Virus record (IMG/VR): IMGVR_UViG_3300032373_000001
DNA length: 64,000 nucleotides
Origin: a virus
Taxonomy: Duplodnaviria; Caudoviricetes
Direction: 5' to 3' (one strand)
In this document: one piece after another, positions 27,001 to 36,080 of the stretch
Position numbering within the stretch: position 1 is the stretch's first letter
Layout: the number at the start of each line of letters is the position of its first letter
Program-made: the position numbers and the translations under genes
Notes under the pieces: generated by a model
Told to the model about the DNA's origin: nothing
The model's input: only the letters and a program-made list of their open reading frames with translations
Database searches by the model: none

Positions 27001-27552
27001 AACTTCCAAGGAACCGAACTCTTCATCCTCAGTTTCCGTGGTGCCTTCAGCGACAGGACTCACGTTGACCTGAGTGTAGCCCTCAGCACCTCCTCCGGGA
27101 AAAGCCGACGCATAGAAATTCAGACCCTGGAACCCAGTCGCGGCAGTGACCTCCGCTCGGACTTCAACGCTGGCGTTCTTCTGGTTCACGGAGATGTTCG
27201 TGGGCACTGCTGCCACCACCCCCGCAGCGTCAGGATCTACGATCCTGACCTGAGCGGCAGCGCTGGGCGTAACGGAGCCCGAAGGGAGGATTGCACGGAT
27301 CTCTACAGTGTTGAGTCCCTGGCTGAGGTACAGCCCCTCCGGCTCGGCAAGCGGGTTCGGGACAGTCCAGGCCCCGTCCCCCCACTGGACCAAGTCGGGG
27401 TCCGAGCTGAATCCAGAGCCGTCGATGCTGACCTGAACATCTACAGCATCGACTGGGATGGTCCCACTGAAGAAGCGCACTGACAAGCTGGTGCTGAAAT
27501 ACACCGACTCGCGGGCAACGCCATCGGGGCCAGTGACAGTCGGGTTCGCCAT
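24085..27552 (-). CDS. Baseplate J-like (wedge) protein
   Basis: GSALRDTVIDP, YGKKRLSGTASQGEVTF, V.C...G.AGNV..G.I, GRDRESNLELTVR, VDVWVQG, LRLSEAVRQSDLI. Confidence 0.9.
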   Translation of the reverse strand: MANPTVTGPDGVARESVYFSTSLSVRFFSGTIPVDAVDVQVSIDGSGFSSDPDLVQWGDGAWTVPNPLAEPEGLYLSQGLNTVEIRAILPSGSVTPSAAAQVRIVDPDAAGVVAAVPTNISVNQKNASVEVRAEVTAATGFQGLNFYASAFPGGGAEGYTQVNVSPVAEGTTETEDEEFGSLEVSAEVPVDGEGNPLADPLYYRLAGSQEDEGGTTLQSDFTQRYEAPETARTVKITSTLVSVRSFTQYSFDHSRTAGPTSTPATVRVGSFAVLDDSVPLYYVVTGLYYDATLNIEYESSFSEEVVGRPVSVTSTLQSIPVANRQEIVQEWITAVFRSNPQVKVEAGSALRDTVIDPFAQANLRLRFIQDFFNRARTPDLLIQIDDPSGSNESLPVSQSPYKQALQAALFLNSSQAAQDLIDSAFEAAASNYGKKRLSGTASQGEVTFFTTRRPTQTLPLPLGTIVSGGGVQFSTTRASSIEFANLASYFDPVTGRYEVTVPVKCLTLGTAGNVGRGQINSVVSNLPGSLSVVNAAAPSPGRDRESNLELTVRVRNALASVDSGTAQGYLQTAADQPGVTQAEVVAAGDPLMQRDLDDGGVHRGGKVDVWVQGTNLATVTDTFAFTFEIGQDIQFEVIGDPEDLTFQAVDSLLSESNPIIEMLDDPDAGYEFRNASSGEVFDLTGVTVTSFNTIQLDTSITQPSVAVTDVVLGSYRRRAGNTFVLPRQPVNSVTSVVGVQTGDIPSTAFSLIRPDAPLQEGRSILAQAYIQISSFTGEDGSTLPSGDPIPVTDESHVLLGTYPESVDNLGANFLTVVVKSADGVTTYKGPDDPSGSPDYTITLGTQTTALSITRVEGGSIVSGDTVLVSYEHDENFTVTYTTNLIVTQTQDAIDTKKHATADVLAKESPAVPLGVQATVVLVQGRDRATVDAALRTNLTNYFNNLRLSEAVRQSDLIRVIENTEGVSYVVVPLSVVLPEEGALLIREAVSTDTASESTFVTSLSTNQSSVYLLNKGLQFATTDGGGPEGEFRGVFQDDAALTLLEASASLSSLGVSSSRAYILGLDGRSIEGVSDDATLQAQGYTTSEALDARRKELTANRVLVSLAVGSAPPSFSYAVTYVVTTDPAGGAKNVDPGAAQYVSEGEFLFTYDEDQ

Positions 27553-27554
27553 GA

Positions 27555-28721
27555 TTACCTACCGAAGAGGGAGTGGGTTCCGGTCAATCCTACCCCCTGG
27601 ATGCCCAGCGGCTGACCGTTACTGCCGCCCAGAGCAACGGCTCCAGGCACCGTGAACACAGTGGTCAGGCTCACTGGCTGGTTGGAGCCGTTGCGGACCA
27701 CGACCTCCACAAAGAACACCGTAGGGTCTTCCGCTGAGGGGGCCACGTCCACGTTCTGAATCTGGAACAGCTGCTCGCGCGAAGTCACCGACTGGTAACG
27801 TCGCTGCTGGTTTTGGAGCGCCTGAACTCGCTGGAGGGCATTCTGCACGTCCTCTCGCACCAAGGCTGCGGAGGCCGAGGCGAGCTTCTTGTTGAGGCGA
27901 GAGATGAGCTTGGAGCCGTAGCTGGGATAGAAGGGGTTGCTGCCCTGAACCGTGAGGATCGCCTTCAGGCAAGCCTGGTACAGCAGGTCCTCGTTCTGGA
28001 TGCGGATGACCTCGCCTTCCGGGTCGAAGCGCCAGTCGTTCTCCACCCAAGTCGCACCGCACCGAACACAGCGTTCTGGGGGCGAAGTGTAGCTGACCTT
28101 CAGGTCGGGGTTGTTCAGGAGCTTGGACCGGAATCGCGGATATCGCTTGGGCTGGAGACCCAGCTGCTGCAAGGAGGGATAGACGTCCTGTTGAGCGATC
28201 AGGTCCCACCCAGGATAGACGTTCTTGCCTCTCGTCCCCCGCTGAACGAAGCCCAGAGACTTGGACCCCGCGCCGCTGACCCGAACATAACTTGAGGGGC
28301 CGAGTTCGTTGCGGTCCTGGAGGTAGAGGGCACTGTTCTCGGAGCCTACTTCAACGAGGTTGTTCGCTGCAGTGTTCAGGCGGAAGGCACTGAGGACCCG
28401 GCTCAGGGGGATGCGGGTCCCCACGGGCAGGGAGACCGCGGAGGAACCTGACGAGGTTGTCACAGTGATCTGGTTGCCCGTCGACCCGATCAAGTCTTGG
28501 CACTGGCGGATTCGATAGGGGCCGAAGCCCCCCACCAGCCTCGCGGGAGCATCCAGCCCCGAAGAGGGGATGTAGAGGGAGTCGTTGGCCAGGATGCGCA
28601 CCGAACCTGCCCCCGCGACCGGAGACCGAGGAATGAGGCTCCTGCGGTCGGTGCTCAGAGCAACAGGCTCTTCCCGAATGTAATGGGGGCATTGCCACCC
28701 CAGCCGGATCTCAGTACTCAA
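27555..28721 (-). CDS. Baseplate wedge protein with C-terminal gp25/GPW-like domain
   Basis: LYQACLKAILTVQGSNPFYPSYGSKL...VDVAPSAEDPTVFFVEVVV. Confidence 0.85.
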   Translation of the reverse strand: MSTEIRLGWQCPHYIREEPVALSTDRRSLIPRSPVAGAGSVRILANDSLYIPSSGLDAPARLVGGFGPYRIRQCQDLIGSTGNQITVTTSSGSSAVSLPVGTRIPLSRVLSAFRLNTAANNLVEVGSENSALYLQDRNELGPSSYVRVSGAGSKSLGFVQRGTRGKNVYPGWDLIAQQDVYPSLQQLGLQPKRYPRFRSKLLNNPDLKVSYTSPPERCVRCGATWVENDWRFDPEGEVIRIQNEDLLYQACLKAILTVQGSNPFYPSYGSKLISRLNKKLASASAALVREDVQNALQRVQALQNQQRRYQSVTSREQLFQIQNVDVAPSAEDPTVFFVEVVVRNGSNQPVSLTTVFTVPGAVALGGSNGQPLGIQGVGLTGTHSLFGR

Positions 28722-28726
28722 CTGCT

Positions 28727-28760
28727 TGACCCCTCCTGCCAGGAGGGGTCAGATAGTCCT
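28727..28760 (-). promoter_or_regulatory. SD-sequestering hairpin preceded by GACTAT element
   Basis: GACTATC-TGACCCCTCCT-GGC-AGGAGGGGTCA-AGCAG-TTG start of wedge gene. Confidence 0.6.
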
Positions 28761-28775
28761 GTTAGCGGAAACAAC

Positions 28776-29846
28776 CTATTCGTTGAGGATAAGCCTACTC
28801 ACAGTGAGGTCTCCCGACACAACCTGGTAGGAATGGGCCAACCTCCTCAGAGAGTCGTTGTTCTGGCCGAGCATGATGACGTGGAGCTTAATGTTGGCCC
28901 GGTCGAACATGTACCGCAGGTCCTGCCAGTTGAGCCCCTCGTCCTCCCCATCCGACACCAAGATCACGTCCCCCTTGTCGTACTCGACCTTCTGGAAGTC
29001 GCTGAGGACAGTGGTGAGAGCGCGGGTGGTGTTCGTCCCGCCCATGTCCGGGAACCCCTGCTGGAGACGAGCCTGCCTCCAGTGAAGCGCATCGCGGGTG
29101 GAGTTGATCTTCGTCAGGGGGGTGACCTCGGTGCCGAAGCACCGCAAGTAGAACGGGACTTCCGCCCGCACCGCCTTGTCCAGTAGGCGGAAGATGACCC
29201 CCATCCACACCGGAGGACGCCAAGCGTTCTCTCTTCCATGCATAGAGCCCGAACAGTCCAGCAAGGGGTACAGGACCTGAAGCTCTTCCCGATACTTCGG
29301 CTTGTGTATGTCTTCCATCTTGACGTGGCGCTCGACAGGGACCCGCACCAGGGCTTCTCCGCTGAACACGCGAGCGCGTCGGATGGCTGGCGTGAAGCAC
29401 TTCTCCTGCTCCAAGAGGTACATCTGCTCCTCCGGGGAGCGGATGGGGCGGACGGCGAACTCCCCCGTGGGGTAGGGGACCTCCCGCTCGTGTACGCTCA
29501 CCTCTCCCGAGGGCAGGTACTCGTAGCCGATGAGCACCTTCTTGCGGGTGAACCGGACGTGGCCGGTGACCTCTTCGATCACATCTCGCAGGCGGAAGTC
29601 CTGCTCGGCTTCCCTCGCCTCCAGCTCCGCTTGAGCCTCCGCCAGCTGCTCCGCCTCCTCCGCTTCTGCGATGAAAGAAGTCGGGGGTGGGGGAACCTCC
29701 TCGGCCTCCTCGATGTCCTCCGGGAGAGGGTCCTCCTCGATCATGAGGCGGCGGAACCCGGGGAACTTCTTCACCCCATACCAGCCCAGCAAGAGCAGGA
29801 TTGGGGGGGCGGCGGCTCCGACGGCCCAGAGAATCGGAAGGGGCAT
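28776..29846 (-). CDS. vWA (MIDAS) domain protein with N-terminal transmembrane helix (ViaA-like partner)
   Basis: LLDCSGSM (DxSxS), GGTN, LVSDG; hydrophobic N-terminus; TGATG coupling to AAA gene. Confidence 0.85.
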   Translation of the reverse strand: MPLPILWAVGAAAPPILLLLGWYGVKKFPGFRRLMIEEDPLPEDIEEAEEVPPPPTSFIAEAEEAEQLAEAQAELEAREAEQDFRLRDVIEEVTGHVRFTRKKVLIGYEYLPSGEVSVHEREVPYPTGEFAVRPIRSPEEQMYLLEQEKCFTPAIRRARVFSGEALVRVPVERHVKMEDIHKPKYREELQVLYPLLDCSGSMHGRENAWRPPVWMGVIFRLLDKAVRAEVPFYLRCFGTEVTPLTKINSTRDALHWRQARLQQGFPDMGGTNTTRALTTVLSDFQKVEYDKGDVILVSDGEDEGLNWQDLRYMFDRANIKLHVIMLGQNNDSLRRLAHSYQVVSGDLTVSRLILNE

Positions 29847-31324
29847 CAGCCCCAAGCCTTCAGGAGGTCATCGACCTCCTTGCCGGCGAAGCGCCGCATA
29901 AAAATCTCCTCGGCCAGACGGATGCGCTCCATGACGCGGGAATGTGCCGTGATCACCTCGTGACTCCCCAGATTGACCCGGTCGAGCAGCGCCTTGGCCT
30001 TCTTCAGCTCATGCTGGGCCTGAGTCAAGGCGTCGGTGGCGACCCCTGCAGGGTCCTTCGGGAGAACCGACTCCACCAACCGGACGATGTGGACGTCGGC
30101 CTGAGCCGAGACCAGCAGGCAGGTCTCCTTGGCCTTGCGGGCTGAGGAGGCTGCTTCGAGGCTGTCGGCGTCGAACTTCTCCAGCTCGTTGAAGAGGTCC
30201 GCCACGGCCTTCTTGAGGGCCAGCAGCTCCTTGCTCCCCATCGGGGGGAGGTCGAGGTTCTGGGGAATCTTGCAGGTGATGACCTCCAGCTCCGCAAGCT
30301 CGACCTCGATGGAGTGGCGAGCCGACTTGGCAGACCACTTCTTGACAGACTCCGTGGTGACCTTTTCCAGGATCGGCTCATCCTCCATGACTGCAACCAA
30401 GACGTCCTTGGCCCCCCAGAGGTCATCGAAGGTCACCTCCTGTCGGCCAGCCAGCAGTGCCTTGACTTCAAGCAGCTGGCTGGCGCGGGTGGAGCGGCGG
30501 TTGCTGATGGGAGGCAACCCCTTGGCGACCCGCTGCTTGCTCAGCTCCCGCTTCAGCTCCACGTAGGCTTCAAGCACATACTTGTTGCTGAAGATGTTGG
30601 GGTGGTGCCCGACAACCAGACCGCTGATCATCTCGACGTCGGCGAGGTGCAGGGTCGGCATCGGCCGGTCGAAGTCCCCCGCCAAGAACGCCTCATGCAG
30701 CTCGAAGTCCTTGCGGGGGTCTTGGATGTTGTCGACCTCTTCCTTGAACAGGAAGCGGTCAATCACCGCCCCGATCTGGTGGGCACGGGAGGGCATGTCT
30801 TCCGGCCGGAAGTTGGTGTCGGCCACTGCTGTGAGCAGGGGGCTCTTGATGAGCTGAGGACCTTTGCGGGCCTCTCGGTCCAAGAGGATCCCCAGCATCG
30901 CTCGGAGCAGCGGGTCGTTCGAGTCGAAGAACTCCCCGAGGTGAACGAAGTGGGCCTCGGGCATCATGCCCTCGACCATGTGCTTGAGGTGGCCAGTCTT
31001 CTCCATCTCGCGCTGATCGTAGGCTCCGAAGATGTCTGCAGTGGTGTCGAACTTGGTCAGGTCCCGCGCCCAGTAAGTCCCGCCTTGGATGCCCCCGAAG
31101 GCGGTGCGGAAGAGACTGGTCTTGGCGGTGCCGGGGGGCCCGATGACCAGCAGGTGCTCCCGCATGAGCATTGCGGCTTCCAGCTTGTCGATCACCGAGT
31201 CCCGTTCGAAGAAGCGAGCCCTCAACGCATCAAAGTAGACGCTGGCGCGCTCCACGCCCTCGAACACCTGCTTCCAGGTCGTAGGCTTACGGCGACGGTG
31301 TACGTCCAGGTAGGTGATGGTCAT
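29846..31324 (-). CDS. MoxR/RavA-like AAA+ ATPase
   Basis: EHLLVIGPPGTAKT Walker A, AVIDRF Arg finger, ISNRR lid; Walker B reads VHLGE. Confidence 0.85.
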   Translation of the reverse strand: MTITYLDVHRRRKPTTWKQVFEGVERASVYFDALRARFFERDSVIDKLEAAMLMREHLLVIGPPGTAKTSLFRTAFGGIQGGTYWARDLTKFDTTADIFGAYDQREMEKTGHLKHMVEGMMPEAHFVHLGEFFDSNDPLLRAMLGILLDREARKGPQLIKSPLLTAVADTNFRPEDMPSRAHQIGAVIDRFLFKEEVDNIQDPRKDFELHEAFLAGDFDRPMPTLHLADVEMISGLVVGHHPNIFSNKYVLEAYVELKRELSKQRVAKGLPPISNRRSTRASQLLEVKALLAGRQEVTFDDLWGAKDVLVAVMEDEPILEKVTTESVKKWSAKSARHSIEVELAELEVITCKIPQNLDLPPMGSKELLALKKAVADLFNELEKFDADSLEAASSARKAKETCLLVSAQADVHIVRLVESVLPKDPAGVATDALTQAQHELKKAKALLDRVNLGSHEVITAHSRVMERIRLAEEIFMRRFAGKEVDDLLKAWG

Positions 31325-31382
31325 GCGTCTGGCAGCTCCGGTTAACTCTGTACCATAGGCATTACGTGCCGCCCCAAGACCC

Positions 31383-31949
31383 CTATTCGACACCCCACGC
31401 ATATTCCATCAGCCGATCGGACTGCCAGGTCTTCTCCGAAATCCGGTTGTCGGCAGCATAGTGCGAGGCATGCACGCTATTTTCCGGAGAAGAGCACAAG
31501 GTTAACCCGGTCATGTGACTCCACCACCCATAACTGGAGCCCCCCACAGGAGACGAAGCCCCCGCTATGAGGGAGCGCGCTTCCGGAGAAACCTCTTGTC
31601 CGGAAGCCACCTTCCTCAAGATCTCCAAGCAGTGGTGTTCCTCAGAGGCGCTCTCCGGGCCCCCGTAGTTCTCCGAGAACAGAGGGAAGGCATGCAGGAC
31701 GCAATCGGCCGCATACTTGTAGCAACACTGCTCCCAGTCCGGTCGGGTGACCCTCAAGAGCACGGCGGGCATCCACCAGAACACCGACACCCCGTCCGGG
31801 GAGCGCCAGTCGGGGGCCTTGACCTCGATCCCCAGGGCCATGCCAAGCTCTACAGCCTGTGCCCAGATATCCGCCTTGGCATGAATCGGAACACCGTCGC
31901 CCCACTCGAAGGCAGAGTCCACCAGCTCTCGGAGGGCTTCGGGCAGCAT
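31383..31949 (-). CDS. Hypothetical protein
   Basis: Tiling (TAG-ATG junction). Confidence 0.6.
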   Translation of the reverse strand: MLPEALRELVDSAFEWGDGVPIHAKADIWAQAVELGMALGIEVKAPDWRSPDGVSVFWWMPAVLLRVTRPDWEQCCYKYAADCVLHAFPLFSENYGGPESASEEHHCLEILRKVASGQEVSPEARSLIAGASSPVGGSSYGWWSHMTGLTLCSSPENSVHASHYAADNRISEKTWQSDRLMEYAWGVE

Positions 31950-32348
31950 CTACAGCTCGAACAGCTTGGCGGTGTACCAGATCAGGGCGCGTCTCCAGCG
32001 ATCTCGCATCGGAGAGTGCCGCACCATCTGGCCCCAAGGACTGCCGTGGAGGCTCTTGAAATCCTTGGAACACAGCGGACATCCAACAGCTTGGAGCTCG
32101 GCTGCTCGCTTCAGTCGCCTGCCGTTGAAGCAAAGATCACTCACCCGGAGCTGTATGCCAACGATGCTGCACATCGCCTCCAGTGCAGCTCCTCGGTTCT
32201 TGCCGGTGCGGACCATGAAGTTCATCCCCACCCAGTGGCTCACTCGGGACTCGGGATGACCCAAAGAGCGAAGCAGTTCCTTAGCTTGGGCCTCCCCATC
32301 ACGGGTTGCCAGCAGCTCCAGGAGCGCTTCGGGGTCGATCTCGGTCAT
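31950..32348 (-). CDS. Hypothetical protein with CPLC..H zinc-finger-like motif
   Basis: CPLCSKDF...H. Confidence 0.6.
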   Translation of the reverse strand: MTEIDPEALLELLATRDGEAQAKELLRSLGHPESRVSHWVGMNFMVRTGKNRGAALEAMCSIVGIQLRVSDLCFNGRRLKRAAELQAVGCPLCSKDFKSLHGSPWGQMVRHSPMRDRWRRALIWYTAKLFEL

Positions 32349-32480
32349 GTAAGATTCCCTGTAGGATTTCTACGGCCGTAGCTACGCGGGCTTGGTGAAG
32401 TTCCATACCCCGCGCAGGATAAGTCGGAGGAGCTGACGATAGCCTTGCGGTCTGAGCAGCTTCAAAGAGGACCACCCTCT

Positions 32481-32963
32481 TTACTTCCCCTGCTGGGACC
32501 TGATCTGCTCCGCCCGACGACGGGCTTCGCGGAGCTCGCGCTGGGAGGTTTTGACTTGACCTTCCCAGTAGCTCACCGCATCCAGGGCCTGCTGCAGCTC
32601 ATAGCTTTTATGGAGGTCCTCGGGCTTCTCAGCGACGGAGACCAGAGCAGCCAGGGAAGTCAGAGCAACCGCCCGAGAGGATTCCGACGCCTCGACCTCC
32701 AGGACCTTCCAGTCATCGTCCACCATCTCCGGGAAGATCTCACTGCCCCACCAGCTCCGCAGATCCTCCTCCCCTTCCTTGGAGTAGAGGTTGAAGCCGA
32801 TCGTGTGGTGCCGACCACCGCCCGTCGAGTAGGGGATAGCGATCACTCCCCAGGCGTCGAAGACCCCATACAGTGCACGCCACCGCCTCTTGTCGCGGTT
32901 GTCGGTCCACCCCTCCGTAGTCGGGTCTCGCCAGCTGTCCCACTCCTCACTATTCTGCACCAC
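32481..32963 (-). CDS. Hypothetical protein (start revised to GTG 32963)
   Basis: Protein-like from VVQNSEEW onward; C-terminal coiled coil. Confidence 0.55.
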   Translation of the reverse strand: MVQNSEEWDSWRDPTTEGWTDNRDKRRWRALYGVFDAWGVIAIPYSTGGGRHHTIGFNLYSKEGEEDLRSWWGSEIFPEMVDDDWKVLEVEASESSRAVALTSLAALVSVAEKPEDLHKSYELQQALDAVSYWEGQVKTSQRELREARRRAEQIRSQQGK

Positions 32964-33372
32964 TCGCCTCCGGCAGCTGGAACTCGTATATGTGGGATCG
33001 AGAACTCTTCTTTCCATCGAAGGAGATCCAGGGGAGGCCGTCCCCAAGAGCACGGAGAACGGCCGACCGGATCGTGCTGGGGCTGTTCCCACCGCCGGCC
33101 CAGCCCAGCCTCTCGAGGACCCGAGAGATTTCCTTGAGGGTGAACCCTCCCACCAGCTCGCCTTCCTGGAGGGCGAAGTACATCCAGTCGATGCAGGTCG
33201 CACGGCGGGGTGGTCGGGGGAACCGGGTGAGAGGCTTCGCTCGATCGGACTCCACCGGCACAGCAGCCAGGATCCGAACCTCTTGACACAGGGGCAAGAG
33301 AAGCGCGACGACTTCTTCGAGAGACCCCTGGGGCACGTCCAACTCTACGGTCACTACCATCACTTCACCCAC
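32950..33372 (-). CDS. Putative winged-helix DNA-binding protein
   Basis: FTLKEISRVLERLGW...SPSTIRSAVLR...YEFQL. Confidence 0.45.
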   Translation of the reverse strand: MGEVMVVTVELDVPQGSLEEVVALLLPLCQEVRILAAVPVESDRAKPLTRFPRPPRRATCIDWMYFALQEGELVGGFTLKEISRVLERLGWAGGGNSPSTIRSAVLRALGDGLPWISFDGKKSSRSHIYEFQLPEASGAE

Positions 33373-33854
33373 TTGTTAGGGAAGCAGAGCGCGCACCCCT
33401 GCTGATGACCCCGAGAAGCGCGCACCCCTGTTGCGTCTGCCCTTACCTGGAGGGAGGTCCACCGCTGCTCGATCTCCCAGGATGGCTTCAAAGCCTGATC
33501 TGGGTCCCTATTCAAGAACCGTTCCGCTGCCCAGAGCCGACCCAAGGGGGAGGGGGAGGGGTCGGTGCTGCCAGCGATCCCTCCCAACCAGCCCAGCCAA
33601 CGAGACCCCCCCTTGTGCCCCAACATCCAATGCGGTGCCTGGATGAACCAAGGCCGGTTGAGCCAAGAGCCCTGCGAGGAGTGGACCAAGAAGGGCACTC
33701 GACCCACTCCCATCACCCAGCGCAACTCCTCTGCCTGATCGTAGACTCGTGGGTCGAACACTCCATCGACCCACGCTGATGCGTAGAGGTCTCTCAGCGA
33801 CTGAAGCTCAGAGGTCGCGCCATAGGGGTCGCGGTCCTCGCAGTGGGTCACCAC
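33360..33854 (-). CDS. Hypothetical protein
   Basis: Tiling. Confidence 0.55.
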   Translation of the reverse strand: MVTHCEDRDPYGATSELQSLRDLYASAWVDGVFDPRVYDQAEELRWVMGVGRVPFLVHSSQGSWLNRPWFIQAPHWMLGHKGGSRWLGWLGGIAGSTDPSPSPLGRLWAAERFLNRDPDQALKPSWEIEQRWTSLQVRADATGVRASRGHQQGCALCFPNKWVK

Positions 33855-34258
33855 GTGGGGTCCGCCGCCAAGAACTTCTCCAGGTCGATCACGCCCATGA
33901 CCATCTCGGTCTCACACCCATGAAAGTTGAGGCTGAAGTCGGCCTCGGCCTCGGCTGCTTCCTCCGTGGGGTAGACCTTGGCCTTGGACGGGTCCGTGTT
34001 CTCGCACCCGTCCACATCGATGATGCCGGTGGTCTGGTCCAGGATGGTTGTTCGGACCCACCCCTGAGCAGTCAGCCCCTGCTCCTCAAGCTCTTCCGAG
34101 ACGAAGAGGAAATTGAGCGCGTTCTTGGGGCTCCTCCACCAACAGCAAAAATGACAGAGACCGCTGGGGTGCCGAGAACCTTCGGCATACCCCTCGTGCT
34201 CCCAGCCATCACTCTGAAGGTCGGTGCAGTCGTCATCCTGGCAATAGTGCTTTTTCAT
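33848..34258 (-). CDS. Hypothetical acidic protein with Cys/His cluster
   Basis: CQDDDC...H...LCHFCC. Confidence 0.6.
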   Translation of the reverse strand: MKKHYCQDDDCTDLQSDGWEHEGYAEGSRHPSGLCHFCCWWRSPKNALNFLFVSEELEEQGLTAQGWVRTTILDQTTGIIDVDGCENTDPSKAKVYPTEEAAEAEADFSLNFHGCETEMVMGVIDLEKFLAADPTW

Positions 34259-34267
34259 GCCCCAAAC

Positions 34268-34996
34268 TTACCGGGGGACCCCAAGGAAGGACCGCAGGAC
34301 CTTGGGTCGACCCAAGGTGAAGGCGCGGTCAGGGCCGGATACGCTGATCAGCACTTCACGGGGAGGCACAACATGAGGAAGGGTGTCCGGAGAGAAGACT
34401 GTACCAAGCTGGACATGCATGCCCCGACTTGGGTACATCTCCCGTGCAGGACCAGTCCTTCCCCTCAATGCCTGCCAGCAGCACCGAAGGTCCTCTTCGG
34501 TGTAGACCTCGTCATGAATGTTGTAGAGGCGGGCAAGAACCTGCCAATTGCCCGCCTCAAGCTGGATGCCCGAAGAGACCAAGAGCTCCCGGCCTTGGTC
34601 TCGATGTTGACGTTCTTTGTGCGTCAGGAGCCCCAGCACCGCACTTGGTGGGGCATCTTCCTCGACCCATCCCGGCATGACCGCTGGAAGGATAACTGCC
34701 GACCGAGCAAGCCGGATTCGGGGCAACTCCCCCATTCCCAAGAGACGCAGACACTGCCGACACTTCCCCTGCTCAGGCTTCGGGACGTAGGCATTTTGGG
34801 CGTACTGGGCAGAGGGGCACGCGAACCGAATACGATTCGAATCTGAGACGACCAGGTGCTTCTTGGTCCTACGCAGTCCTCCCTGAAGGCTCATCCACGC
34901 TGCTTGGACCAACCGCCTGTCCCGGAGGTGCTGGTGCCAATCCGCTTCCCTGCGGAAGGTCTGAAGGTCCGGCCCATTCACAAGACAGTCTGCCAT
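34268..34996 (-). CDS. Hypothetical protein (start revised to ATG 34996)
   Basis: Upstream part of track ORF overlaps 35002..35457; protein-like from MADCLV. Confidence 0.55.
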   Translation of the reverse strand: MADCLVNGPDLQTFRREADWHQHLRDRRLVQAAWMSLQGGLRRTKKHLVVSDSNRIRFACPSAQYAQNAYVPKPEQGKCRQCLRLLGMGELPRIRLARSAVILPAVMPGWVEEDAPPSAVLGLLTHKERQHRDQGRELLVSSGIQLEAGNWQVLARLYNIHDEVYTEEDLRCCWQALRGRTGPAREMYPSRGMHVQLGTVFSPDTLPHVVPPREVLISVSGPDRAFTLGRPKVLRSFLGVPR

Positions 34997-35001
34997 GAGG
35001 G

Positions 35002-35457
35002 TCAGTCCACGTTGTAATTGACGGCCACGTTGTAGTTGACTGCGTAACCCCAGTTCTCCAGGAACTCGTTGACCCGCTCGATGACTTCCTCCGCCGCCTC
35101 GTAGTCCTGACCGTAGCGCCGATAGAAGTCCTCGACGTGGAGCGATGCTGCCTGATCCACCGTGTAGGCTCCGAGCGCTTTCAGGACATCGTACAGGTCC
35201 TCGTCCAGACAGTACAGGCCCCGCGCTTCCACGTAGGGGGCCAAGGCCCCGCGCAACTCTTCCACCTCCAGGGCCACCCGGACCACCAGGGAGGACTCCC
35301 ATGCGTAACCACACTCGGGGCACGTCAGCCCCAGGTCAACGTAGGTCTCACCGCCCTGAAACGCGAACGTCTCAGGCCTGGTGATCTCGTACTCGGAGGA
35401 GCACTTGGGGCACTCACCCTCGTGGGTGAATTCAGAAATGGTGTGGGTCCCTTTCAC
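35002..35457 (-). CDS. Zn-ribbon protein
   Basis: CPKC...CPECG. Confidence 0.65.
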   Translation of the reverse strand: MKGTHTISEFTHEGECPKCSSEYEITRPETFAFQGGETYVDLGLTCPECGYAWESSLVVRVALEVEELRGALAPYVEARGLYCLDEDLYDVLKALGAYTVDQAASLHVEDFYRRYGQDYEAAEEVIERVNEFLENWGYAVNYNVAVNYNVD

Positions 35458-35987
35458 GACGTCCGATCCTTACGTTTGTGGGCGGGACACTTCGGACCGC
35501 CCTTGTTGTGGCGGCAGTCATTACCCCAACCCCCAAGGTAGAAGCCGGTCTTGGGGTCTACGCAGTAGCCGCCGAAGCCCATGTAGTTTGAGGCACTCTT
35601 AGCCTCAGTGCGCCAGAGGGCTTCAGGTACTGGTGTCCGGTACTTCTCCGACTGATGCGCCCAGTCGGGGTGAGGAAAGCCGGTCTTACAGTACCGACAG
35701 GTCTCCGCAGTGCAGAGCACTGTCTGGTGCGGAGACGCCACCGTAGGGTCCCGGAGAGCCCTCAGCTGCTTCTTGTTGCACTCCTCCTCGGTGAGGGGCA
35801 CATGCTGGTAGTTGGAGTGACCGCACTCCAAGACCTGCACCGGGTTCTCAGGGGTCGGCTTCTTTTTGGGGGTTGGAGGCTTCTTAGCAGGTGCGGCTTT
35901 CTTCTTCGGAGGGGGCTTCTTGTTCTTCTTGGGTGTAGGCTTCTGGTAGCCTGCCCAGTCCTCGATCATGTCGAAGATGTCAGCCAT
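35454..35987 (-). CDS. Basic Cys/His-rich protein
   Basis: K/P-rich N-terminus, CxxC and CxH clusters. Confidence 0.6.
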   Translation of the reverse strand: MADIFDMIEDWAGYQKPTPKKNKKPPPKKKAAPAKKPPTPKKKPTPENPVQVLECGHSNYQHVPLTEEECNKKQLRALRDPTVASPHQTVLCTAETCRYCKTGFPHPDWAHQSEKYRTPVPEALWRTEAKSASNYMGFGGYCVDPKTGFYLGGWGNDCRHNKGGPKCPAHKRKDRTS

Positions 35988-36080
35988 CCTGACTTCCCCC
36001 CAGAGCCTGCCCGGTCTCTGCCAGGACCTGATCCACCGTGGGGTGGCCGTCGTTGAGCTGGCCTCCGTTCTCCGCGTGCC

